Virus record (IMG/VR): IMGVR_UViG_3300029867_000006
Span: 1-50,468 of that record
Source: a virus
Length of the DNA stretch: 50,468 bases
Reading direction: 5' to 3' (one strand)
The notes under the pieces are model-generated. The model did no database searches. It had not been told where the DNA came from and saw only the letters and a list, made by a program, of their open reading frames with translations. Shown piece after piece: positions 16,533 to 23,730 of the stretch. Numbering within the stretch: the stretch's first letter is position 1; each line of letters starts with the position of its first letter. The translations under genes were made by a program, and so were the position numbers.

Positions 16533-16708
16533 TGCGATGTCTCCTGCAAGCTCTCAAGAATGAGCTTCAAATCTTCAGCCAACTCAAAGTCGCATGTTTT
16601 CATATCCTTAAGTGCGAACCCCAAAAGGTTTGTAATTGCGGAATGGAGAGCCATTGTTAATTCGTCAAGCTCCTCGAACCCGTCTTCAATTGTGCCTGTG
16701 TTGCTCAT
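16529..16708 (-). CDS. Hypothetical small acidic protein
   Basis: 59 aa (MSNTGTIEDGFEELDEL..), below the track cutoff. AAGGATAAGCA RBS. Confidence 0.45.
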   Translation of the reverse strand: MSNTGTIEDGFEELDELTMALHSAITNLLGFALKDMKTCDFELAEDLKLILESLQETSH

Positions 16709-16711
16709 TGC

Positions 16712-17068
16712 TTATCCTTTCTGTATTTTTGTGCGGTTCCGCTCGTAGTCCACTTGCAGCTTTCTTAGGGCAATAGCCTTGGACTCTTCTTCCCGTCTAA
16801 TCTTTGCCGCCCGATCCATCTCCCGCTGTAGTCTATCTTGCTCTTCAGAAGCTAGCCGTTCAACCTGCTCTTTGTCGGTCTCTGTCCGGGTGATATTTAT
16901 GTTATACTCAACATCCTCATAACCCGTCCACTCTGCTTCTATTTCAATTGAGGTTGCTGTAGGGTTACCGTCTACAATATCTTGCAACGCCTTAATTACA
17001 TCTTTTGCTTCGCCGAAAATCCTTTCGCCGCATAGGATTTGTGTGATCTCTTTTCTATCAACGCTCAT
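16712..17068 (-). CDS. Hypothetical protein, paralog of 8933..9265
   Basis: 118 aa from ATG 17068 (AGGGAGA RBS), ATGA overlap with the upstream ORF. Confidence 0.55.
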   Translation of the reverse strand: MSVDRKEITQILCGERIFGEAKDVIKALQDIVDGNPTATSIEIEAEWTGYEDVEYNINITRTETDKEQVERLASEEQDRLQREMDRAAKIRREEESKAIALRKLQVDYERNRTKIQKG

Positions 17069-17187
17069 GACAATCTCCCTTTCGTTGTTATCAGCCACTT
17101 AATCCACTGGGAAAACCAGTTGCGGCGCTTACGTGTTCCCATGATGTAATCACGATCGAATCTCATTGTGTCGTGTACGGGGTTCAT
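17065..17187 (-). CDS. Hypothetical small basic protein
   Basis: 40 aa (MNPVHDTMRFDRDY..), ATGA overlaps at both ends. Confidence 0.35.
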   Translation of the reverse strand: MNPVHDTMRFDRDYIMGTRKRRNWFSQWIKWLITTKGRLS

Positions 17188-17360
17188 AAATAAAATCCAC
17201 CTAAGAACCCAGCAATAAATGCCGCAGGGAGAAACGCGCGGGCAATCCAGACTTGCTTTGTATGCCATCTTGACAGAAATGCTCCGTCCTCAAGAATTTG
17301 ACCAACATAAGCCCGAACATATTCTGGGTCGTGGATGTTGTTCTCTAATCCTTTTTTCAA
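17184..17360 (-). CDS. Hypothetical small membrane protein
   Basis: 58 aa from TTG 17360 (TTGA overlap with the upstream stop, GGAGG RBS). C-terminal TM VWIARAFLPAAFIAGFLGGFYL. Confidence 0.35.
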   Translation of the reverse strand: MKKGLENNIHDPEYVRAYVGQILEDGAFLSRWHTKQVWIARAFLPAAFIAGFLGGFYL

Positions 17361-17536
17361 AACAAAGCACCTCCGATAATACCGCCAGCTACAAACAACA
17401 TCCCGGAAATAAAACACATAAGCTTGATAATAAACCGTTGATTGTCGTTTTCGGTCTCCAACCAGCTTACAGTATTTGACTGGTTTAGACGTGAGGTTTT
17501 TAGGCTGTGAAGCGCATTTTGTACATCTTCTGGCAT
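17357..17536 (-). CDS. Hypothetical small membrane protein
   Basis: 59 aa (MPEDVQNALHS..), consensus RBS AAAGGATGAGACA. C-terminal TM FIIKLMCFISGMLFVAGGIIGGALF. Not in the ORF track. Confidence 0.45.
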   Translation of the reverse strand: MPEDVQNALHSLKTSRLNQSNTVSWLETENDNQRFIIKLMCFISGMLFVAGGIIGGALF

Positions 17537-17601
17537 TGTCTCATCCTTTGTTTTGTTTGTTGTTTACACCATTAATATAGAGGCACTGAATGGGATTGCA
17601 A
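17537..17601 (-). promoter_or_regulatory. Promoter plus conserved CA-rich leader (copy C of three)
   Basis: Minus strand TTGCAA (17596-17601), 16-nt spacer, TATATT (rc of 17574-17579), then AATGGTGTAAACAACAAACAAAACAAAGGATGAGACA-ATG. Confidence 0.55.
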
Positions 17602-17613
17602 GCGTTAATCGGT

Positions 17614-18165
17614 TTAATTTTCGACAATCATCCAGAGCGTAGGGTCTTCGAGGTTTTGGACTTTATATCCAGTATATGGAATGTGACCCCACTCACGGAT
17701 TTCCCATGCGTTGTTGTCGAGGATCAAATCGCCTTTGTCGGTTGAAACGGCTAGGACCATGTGGCCTGTATCGTCCCAAGTTTTGACCATAACCAACCGC
17801 ATAGCACCAGCGGGCCAGCCCTTTTTGAGTAGCATTTGGCGCTTTAATAGTGCATAATCTTCACAGTCTCCGAGACCATCGCGGGGCAAAGACCAATACT
17901 CTTTCCGGCCAAAGTTGCTTTGATCGCTCATGGGAGTGATGGTCTTGTTTACCTCATCATCAACACCCTCAAGCTCATCATATAGAGCCTCGGTCAATTC
18001 AACCCGCTCAGGCACCATTGCCAAGCAGAAAGCTGGAGCCCTCACACAGTACTGAGAGTGTGCTAGAGGACGGCTAGAGCTTTCACCCGTGGTTGTGATG
18101 TAATCTGCACTAACGCCACCAGAGAGGCTTATAAGGGCGGCGGCAATGATTAGAATGTGTTTCAT
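17614..18165 (-). CDS. Secreted transglutaminase-like cysteine protease (BTLCP / LapG-like)
   Basis: 183 aa. Signal peptide MKHILIIAAALISLSGGVSA. Cys-His-Asp motifs GLGDCEDYALLK, TGHMVLAV, LILDNN as in the PF06035-type family (from memory). Confidence 0.75.
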   Translation of the reverse strand: MKHILIIAAALISLSGGVSADYITTTGESSSRPLAHSQYCVRAPAFCLAMVPERVELTEALYDELEGVDDEVNKTITPMSDQSNFGRKEYWSLPRDGLGDCEDYALLKRQMLLKKGWPAGAMRLVMVKTWDDTGHMVLAVSTDKGDLILDNNAWEIREWGHIPYTGYKVQNLEDPTLWMIVEN

Positions 18166-18797
18166 CGTAGAATCCCTTCATATTTTGCGTCAACAAGCTT
18201 AACCGCTTCCATTGCAGAGGCGTCCGTAGGAAAACTAACAGCGCCGGGAACAATAAGAATCCGACCAAAAATAGTGTACCACTTACTAAGATCAACGTCA
18301 TAAACAGCATAATAATTACCGCGCGGATATTGAGAAGCAGGCTTAGCCCATTCCTTCTCACTCATTACCTTCAATTCATGCATAGCAACATCAAGAAGGT
18401 CTGCCTTCTCAGCCTCTTCTCTGGTGCGATGGAGATTCCCACGAACTAGAATCTTGCGGTGATTATCAATGCCGCTTCCGTCACCATATATAAATTCGTA
18501 AATTTCCCCCGCGTCTGTCAGATACCAAACGGCATCACCTTTCTGAGGCCAAGACGTATCTACTACAGGTTCACTCTCAGAGGCCAGAAACACTGCAAGG
18601 CTGCTGTCGGGCGCTAATTGATAAATATTTTTGTCAGCCTCACTCTCAGCCGGGGCTTGTTTAGCCTCTAGGGCTTCAAGTTTCTCAAACACCTCTTTCG
18701 TTGTGAGGTTTTGAGCGCTCAAGCAGCGGAGTAGGTGGGCCACGTCAGCCTCTAATTTCTTGATGGTTGTGCTTTCAGCAAGTCCTTTAATATCCAT
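18162..18797 (-). CDS. Hypothetical protein
   Basis: 211 aa, ATGA overlap with the BTLCP gene. Confidence 0.6.
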   Translation of the reverse strand: MDIKGLAESTTIKKLEADVAHLLRCLSAQNLTTKEVFEKLEALEAKQAPAESEADKNIYQLAPDSSLAVFLASESEPVVDTSWPQKGDAVWYLTDAGEIYEFIYGDGSGIDNHRKILVRGNLHRTREEAEKADLLDVAMHELKVMSEKEWAKPASQYPRGNYYAVYDVDLSKWYTIFGRILIVPGAVSFPTDASAMEAVKLVDAKYEGILR

Positions 18798-18821
18798 TAT
18801 CTCATTCCTTTAAGTTGTTGA

Positions 18822-19265
18822 TTAATCTACATCGCTCACAAGCATGGCGTCCGTGTGAAACTTGCTGTCAATCTCAATCTTTCCTGAAATTAGGCCAGAA
18901 ATGAAATCTAAAGCATCTTTTTTTGTATCGCCAACCGGGTGCCCAATACGGTCCATAGTTAGCCTTCCCCATTCATAGTTTGTTGCGGGCGAATCTCTTA
19001 CCAGACGCCTAAGATGTCTCAAGGCCTGCTCTGATGTCCGCTCTGGCTCCAACCGGATGCCGAAAAAAGACACCTCGTTTCCTGATGGACGGTAATAGGT
19101 ATGAGCGTCTACTGTGAAGATATAGCCATTTTGCAAGGCGTCTCCCAACTCTTCATAATTCAAATGCCCGCACTTTGTCATTACATCAACAACACCGCCA
19201 TCTGGATAAACAATCTTACCATAAGGCACGTCTTGGCTGATGCCGAATTCGTCTTTAACAATCAT
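18822..19265 (-). CDS. Hypothetical protein
   Basis: 147 aa, abuts the upstream gene. Confidence 0.6.
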   Translation of the reverse strand: MIVKDEFGISQDVPYGKIVYPDGGVVDVMTKCGHLNYEELGDALQNGYIFTVDAHTYYRPSGNEVSFFGIRLEPERTSEQALRHLRRLVRDSPATNYEWGRLTMDRIGHPVGDTKKDALDFISGLISGKIEIDSKFHTDAMLVSDVD

Positions 19266-19555
19266 TACACTCTCCCTAGTTGTTGTTTGCGCTTTTGTTC
19301 AATTGCTTCTGGTGGTATATGCCGCTTGATAAAGTCCGGTAGGATGGCGGGGACTTCTGGGTGGCCTTTAAGCCACTTAAGAGCAAGAGATTCGGATATG
19401 TCTATCTCTGCTTGATTTTTATACGAAAAAGCGAACACCCTTTGCGCAGTGCAGTCAATCGCACACATAAGGGCGGTATCGGCATGTTCCAGCTTCAAAG
19501 GTTTATCCTCACCATCATACACCCGGTAATGATCTGTATTGTCAAGATGTGCCAT
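19265..19555 (-). CDS. Hypothetical protein
   Basis: 96 aa, TAATG-type 1-nt overlaps on both sides. Confidence 0.55.
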   Translation of the reverse strand: MAHLDNTDHYRVYDGEDKPLKLEHADTALMCAIDCTAQRVFAFSYKNQAEIDISESLALKWLKGHPEVPAILPDFIKRHIPPEAIEQKRKQQLGRV

Positions 19556-19806
19556 TATTCATCTCCTTCAATAAGGCTGGCAAGGAGTGTCATATCAAAC
19601 TCGCCTTCTGTGAGATTGCCGCCGTCATCATAGGCTTTAAAGAGCCCATCACTGAAATTAACGCGCATCTCGTGGCAATCAGACAAACCAAAAGCCTTGC
19701 CTGCATCATTGGCGACGTAGTTGGCACAGGCTAGTTCGCCATAATAATTCTGCTCCATATCTTCGCATTTGCCGACAAATAGGCCCATGATATAAAGATT
19801 GTCCAT
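19555..19806 (-). CDS. Hypothetical protein, paralog of 8254..8529
   Basis: 83 aa; see the alignment under 8254..8529. Confidence 0.55.
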   Translation of the reverse strand: MDNLYIMGLFVGKCEDMEQNYYGELACANYVANDAGKAFGLSDCHEMRVNFSDGLFKAYDDGGNLTEGEFDMTLLASLIEGDE

Positions 19807-20039
19807 TATTCATCTCCTTTGTATGCGTCAATTGTATCGCCAACCGTGTCATCAATTCCATTACAGAAGTCTTCATATGTATCAACGTCATGGTATTGCT
19901 TGGCAATGGCTTTAGCTTGGTCGAGCAGAGCGCCAATCTTCAAAGAACATTCCGCGTTGTTGATGATGTTAAGGGCTTGCTGGTTGAAGCTCTTGCGTTG
20001 GGCGGGGTTCATAAAGCGGCCTGCGTGTTGAGTGTTCAT
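19806..20039 (-). CDS. Hypothetical protein, first gene of the leftward operon
   Basis: 77 aa from ATG 20039 (MNTQHAGRF..), RBS CAAAGGAGCTACCCA. Confidence 0.55.
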   Translation of the reverse strand: MNTQHAGRFMNPAQRKSFNQQALNIINNAECSLKIGALLDQAKAIAKQYHDVDTYEDFCNGIDDTVGDTIDAYKGDE

Positions 20040-20069
20040 TGGGTAGCTCCTTTGTTTGCTGTTGATATA

Positions 20070-20098
20070 AAGGTAGGGCATGAGGAGCGTCTTGTCAA
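20070..20098 (-). promoter_or_regulatory. Leftward early promoter
   Basis: Minus strand TTGACA (rc of 20093-20098), 17-nt spacer, TACCTT (rc of 20070-20075). CA-rich leader CAACAGCAAACAAAGGAG. Confidence 0.4.
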
Positions 20099-20110
20099 TG
20101 GGATCGGCCT

Positions 20111-20129
20111 ATTTAGTTTGCAAATAAAT
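20111..20129. promoter_or_regulatory. Operator-like near-palindrome between the divergent promoters
   Basis: ATTTA-g-TTTGCAAA-TAAAT. The 8-bp core TTTGCAAA is a perfect palindrome; the ATTTA/TAAAT arms are offset by 1 nt. Confidence 0.3.
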
Positions 20130-20153
20130 GCGACGGCCGTGCGGTATTTGTCG

Positions 20154-20182
20154 TTGACACAATAGGAACCGCCCTTTATGGT
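20154..20182 (+). promoter_or_regulatory. Rightward early promoter; transcript possibly leaderless
   Basis: TTGACA (20154-20159), 17-nt spacer, TATGGT (20177-20182). ATG 20189 lies 7 nt after the -10 hexamer. Confidence 0.45.
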
Positions 20183-20188
20183 GAGCTT

Positions 20189-20377
20189 ATGACAACAGAC
20201 TTTCTCCAATTGCAGATTAAATGGTTCTGCTCACATCATGGCCTAAGCCTCACTGAGTTTGGTAAGCAAGCTATAGGCAACGGTAGTTTTTACGGAGACC
20301 TCAAGCGAGGCTCAGACATTAAACTCGGAACTCTGAAGCGGGTTAATGATTTTATGTTTCAATATGGAAAGGAATAG
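20189..20377 (+). CDS. Small HTH transcriptional regulator (Cro/XRE-like)
   Basis: 62 aa with helix-turn-helix-like segment HGLSLTEFGKQAIGNGSFYGDLKRG. First gene at the divergent switch region. Confidence 0.6.
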   Translation: MTTDFLQLQIKWFCSHHGLSLTEFGKQAIGNGSFYGDLKRGSDIKLGTLKRVNDFMFQYGKE

Positions 20378-20379
20378 AG

Positions 20380-20583
20380 ATGAACGCAATGAAACACTAT
20401 ATATTATCCCGGTTACGTGACGGGGAAGAAATACGGTCTTGGGGCGCTGGTCCGTTGGTAGGTAGGTTAGTTGCAAATGCTTTACATGCGCTTGGCGAGG
20501 AAGGCTGTATTGATGTTGAGGCGCGTGGTGAAATCCATATAACCGACAAAGGGACTCAGTACCTAAAGGAGAATCCAAAATGA
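20380..20583 (+). CDS. Hypothetical protein (possible winged-helix)
   Basis: 67 aa, GGAAAGGAATAGAG RBS. Confidence 0.5.
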   Translation: MNAMKHYILSRLRDGEEIRSWGAGPLVGRLVANALHALGEEGCIDVEARGEIHITDKGTQYLKENPK

Positions 20584-20702
20584 AATCCACCCAACAAATA
20601 CACAAGGACCGCCAACGAGCCGCCCGCAAGGTAAACAAGGAGATGTTAAAGGACGTGCCCCTTCTCAAACGTCGCCGCATTAGAAAGGCTTTGGGCCTAT
20701 GA
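20580..20702 (+). CDS. Hypothetical small basic protein
   Basis: 40 aa (MKSTQQIHKDRQRAARK..), ATGA overlaps at both ends. Below the track cutoff. Confidence 0.4.
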   Translation: MKSTQQIHKDRQRAARKVNKEMLKDVPLLKRRRIRKALGL

Positions 20703-21544
20703 ACACACCATACACCCGCAAAGTGGTGATAGGCGATTGCACTTTGTATCTGGGTGATTGCCTAGAGGCTATGCGCGATATCCCAGATGGTTCGGTTGAT
20801 ATGGTCCTGACTGACCCGCCATATGGCACAACGGCCTGCAAGTGGGATAGCGTAATACCGTTTGCACCTATGTGGGAGCAGTTGAAGCGGATTATCAAGC
20901 CTAACGGGGCTATCATTTTGTTTGGGCAGGAGCCCTTCAGCAGTGCGCTACGCATGAGCAACATAGAATGGTTTAAATATGACTGGTACTGGCGTAAAAA
21001 TAAAGCGTCAGGCTTTCAAAATGCCAGACTAAAGCCCTTGAAGGATATCGAGGTTATATCGGTATTTAGTGAAGGAAAGACCGCGAACGGGTCAAAGAAT
21101 AATATGCCTTATTATCCTCAAGGCGTCGGAGAGGGAAAACCTCGTGTCCGCCCAAGGTCCTATAACAAAAGCAGCGCCGTAAGCCCTGACCGAAAATCCC
21201 GAAATCCTATAGAAATGGGTAAGGGTAGTAATTATCCTCGTCAAATATTGAGCGGTTATAAGCACCATTCTAATACACAAGCTCACCCCACCCAGAAACC
21301 CGTCGCCCTGATGGAATATCTCATCAGCACCTACGCTAACGAAGGCGAAACGGTGCTGGATTTCACAATGGGTAGCGGGACAACAGGTGTTGCGTGTCAA
21401 AGCCTCACTCGATCATTTATTGGCATTGAACTGGACTCCGATTACTTCAACATTGCCTGCACGCGCTTGCAGCCGGAATATGGCGAGCCGGATCTTTTTG
21501 TAGCACCCCCAACAACAAAACCAACCCAAGAGGATATGCTATGA
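20699..21544 (+). CDS. Beta-class N6-adenine/N4-cytosine DNA methyltransferase (CcrM-like motif order)
   Basis: 281 aa. Motif IV DPPY near the N-terminus (VLTDPPYGTT), HPTQKP, and motif I VLDFTMGSGTTGVAC near the C-terminus. Confidence 0.85.
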   Translation: MNTPYTRKVVIGDCTLYLGDCLEAMRDIPDGSVDMVLTDPPYGTTACKWDSVIPFAPMWEQLKRIIKPNGAIILFGQEPFSSALRMSNIEWFKYDWYWRKNKASGFQNARLKPLKDIEVISVFSEGKTANGSKNNMPYYPQGVGEGKPRVRPRSYNKSSAVSPDRKSRNPIEMGKGSNYPRQILSGYKHHSNTQAHPTQKPVALMEYLISTYANEGETVLDFTMGSGTTGVACQSLTRSFIGIELDSDYFNIACTRLQPEYGEPDLFVAPPTTKPTQEDML

Positions 21545-21918
21545 ACATGAGCAGCGACGAATACAAGCGCGACGTACTGCGCCAACGCGGACCCAAGAAA
21601 CGCAACAAATACGGGGCAATCAAAACCGTTGTTGACGGCATTAAATTTGACTCCAAAGCAGAGGCCCGCCGTTATGGGCAACTAAAGGTCCTCAAGAACA
21701 CAGGTGTTATCTGGGACCTAGAGCTTCAACCTAAATTCCCGGTTGTTGTTGAGGGCAAGAAGATCTGCACATACAAGGCAGACTTCTCCTATATCGAGGA
21801 TGGCAAACGGATTGTTGAGGATGTTAAAAGCCCTATCACTGCTAAGAATTCTACTTACCGGATCAAAAAGAAACTAGTTGAGGCAATTTACAACATTGAA
21901 ATAAAGGAAACATCATGA
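21541..21918 (+). CDS. DUF1064-family putative nuclease/resolvase
   Basis: 125 aa with KYGAIKTVVDGIKFDSKAEARRY..L......G.I..L..Q..F......YKADFSY...G...VEDVK pattern. Confidence 0.7.
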   Translation: MNMSSDEYKRDVLRQRGPKKRNKYGAIKTVVDGIKFDSKAEARRYGQLKVLKNTGVIWDLELQPKFPVVVEGKKICTYKADFSYIEDGKRIVEDVKSPITAKNSTYRIKKKLVEAIYNIEIKETS

Positions 21919-22376
21919 CAGCACCCTCACACCATGAAACAAAGATGAAATTCATCAAGGCGACTGAACGCAGAATTAATGCTCAAATCCTGCAAATTAT
22001 AACACTTTGCGCGACTAAAAACGAGCCTATCCCTACGCAAAACACGATTGCAGCCCAGTTAAATATCGAACGTAGCCGCATTCCCCGTGCTCTATATGCA
22101 CTGGTGCGCGATGGAAGCATCATCAAGAGCGGTGAGCGCGGGTCCCGAACCTACACTGTCACAAAGATTGGCATGACAACGGGCAATCTAAACGCCCCTG
22201 CTAAGGCCCCCTCAGAAGGCCCCAGAGAGCCAAGCGCCCCCGCCCCTCTAAAGTGGTTAGGGTCTGCGGATAAGCTCCTTAAAAAGCTCAAGCTGGACGA
22301 TGAGGCCATTGCAGAGCGTATGAAGCTGCGCCGTGATGAAATGGGCCTAGATGTAGAGCCGGAGGTGGTGCTATGA
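21915..22376 (+). CDS. Hypothetical protein with winged-helix-like segment
   Basis: 153 aa. TQNTIAAQLNIERSRIPRALYALVRDGSIIK. ATGA overlaps on both sides. Confidence 0.55.
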   Translation: MTAPSHHETKMKFIKATERRINAQILQIITLCATKNEPIPTQNTIAAQLNIERSRIPRALYALVRDGSIIKSGERGSRTYTVTKIGMTTGNLNAPAKAPSEGPREPSAPAPLKWLGSADKLLKKLKLDDEAIAERMKLRRDEMGLDVEPEVVL

Positions 22377-22729
22377 ACGCAGAGCCAAACAGGAGAGACT
22401 GGATTACCCTAGATAGTGCCCCTCTTCTAAATAAATCACTATCGGCACATATCATTGATGCGGTGTGTGATTGGTCGGACGTTCGGCGCGATGACCTGTT
22501 TAGACATTCAAGGCTTACCCAGTACATCATCCCCCGCCAGATGACCATGTATTTGCTCTATCACCTAACAACCCGGTCATACCCTAGCATTGGGTTTTTC
22601 ATGGGCCGGGACCATACGACCATCATGCATGGGGTTAGAAAGATTGAGGGCCTAGTTGAGCATGACAAGCCTTTAGCTTCAGCCGTCGTGGCTTTGGAGA
22701 GCAGAGTCATTGACTTGCACACGCGGTAA
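22373..22729 (+). CDS. DnaA domain IV-only (DnaA-box binding HTH) protein
   Basis: 118 aa. DL......R....PRQMTMYLLYHLTTRSYPSIGFFMGRDHTTIMHGVRKIEGL aligns with the DnaA C-terminal DNA-binding domain. No AAA+ domain is present. Confidence 0.85.
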   Translation: MNAEPNRRDWITLDSAPLLNKSLSAHIIDAVCDWSDVRRDDLFRHSRLTQYIIPRQMTMYLLYHLTTRSYPSIGFFMGRDHTTIMHGVRKIEGLVEHDKPLASAVVALESRVIDLHTR

Positions 22730-22737
22730 GTTATAAT
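22710..22737 (+). promoter_or_regulatory. Strong sigma70-type promoter for the replication gene
   Basis: TTGACT (22710-22715), 16-nt spacer, TATAAT (22732-22737), located inside the 3' end of the DnaA-dIV gene. Confidence 0.6.
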
Positions 22738-22842
22738 CAATCAATACGGTGCATAAAATGGAGGAAGTAATTACCCTTCAGGCTTTTTCACACGCCTCAG
22801 CCCGCCGTTTATTTATCTAAGGTGTGATTACGAGGCGAGTGT

Positions 22843-23730
22843 ATGAGCGACAAGCATATTCCATATTTCAACTTCTACCCATCGGATTTCATGGGCGGCA
22901 CTCGCGGGCTTTCTGCTCAGCAGGTTGGCGTGTACATGATGCTTCTATGCAAGATCTATGAGGATAATGGACCCGTAGAATTTGACAGCTACAAGCTCTC
23001 CACATATTGCGGAATGAGGGAAAACACCTTCATTAAAATCTTTGATCAATTGGTTAGATTGGACAAATTACAGCACGAAAATGGGGCTGTTTTTAATGAG
23101 CGAGCGCAAACGGAAATTTCAAGTCGTGCGAACACTTTGAAAAACAATTCCAAGGCCGGGAAAGTAAGTGCCCAAAAAAGGCAACAAAAACAACGATCCA
23201 ATCCAACGGGTGTTCAACGGGTGTTCAACCATACAGACTCAGACTCAGATACAGATACAGTTAAGAAAGATATATATACCGACCAACAAGAATTGATCCC
23301 GTCTGAACCTGCCAAGCCAAAGCCGAAGAAGAGGCGACGGAAACCACAACTCCCATTGCCAGCAGACTTTGAAATGCCGGAGAGTTGGATAGCGCCCGCG
23401 ATAAAAGATGGCGTACCAGACCAGCTTATTGCCAAGCAATTTGAGAAGTTCAAAAAGCACCACCTTTCAAAAGGCAACGTGATGGCCGACTGGAAACAGG
23501 CATGGGGCACATGGACCGGGAATTACCAAGATTTTAAACCACGAGGAAATACCAATGACGCAAGATCTTACAACCAGAAACCAAACAACGGCGGTGGCGA
23601 CACCTCAAGGCGCGCTCACGCTGCCGCGATCTCTGGGAACAATGCTCAGCACTTTGGAACTGGACTTCAAGAACCAATTGACATTACCCCCCCCAGAGTT
23701 CGACAGGTCGATTGTATTGAGCAAGGTTGA
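22843..23730 (+). CDS. DUF1376 (YdaU-like) replication initiation/organizer protein
   Basis: 295 aa. N-terminus IPYFNFYPSDFMGGTRGLSAQQVGVYMMLLCKIYEDNGP is typical of DUF1376. Low-complexity basic linker. Confidence 0.7.
   Translation: MSDKHIPYFNFYPSDFMGGTRGLSAQQVGVYMMLLCKIYEDNGPVEFDSYKLSTYCGMRENTFIKIFDQLVRLDKLQHENGAVFNERAQTEISSRANTLKNNSKAGKVSAQKRQQKQRSNPTGVQRVFNHTDSDSDTDTVKKDIYTDQQELIPSEPAKPKPKKRRRKPQLPLPADFEMPESWIAPAIKDGVPDQLIAKQFEKFKKHHLSKGNVMADWKQAWGTWTGNYQDFKPRGNTNDARSYNQKPNNGGGDTSRRAHAAAISGNNAQHFGTGLQEPIDITPPRVRQVDCIEQG
23204..23260. repeat. Tandem repeats inside the replication gene (candidate iterons)
   Basis: CAACGGGTGTT x2.4 (23204-23229), then CAGACT x2 and CAGATA x2 (23234-23260), followed by AT-rich AAGAAAGATATATATAC. 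Confidence 0.6.

Noticed and set aside
20312-20680. 122-aa minus-strand ORF; likewise 26404..26799 (131 aa, minus) and 2484..3527 (three minus-strand ORFs)
   Set aside because: All are antisense to well-supported + strand genes in tightly coupled operons. They are shadow ORFs.
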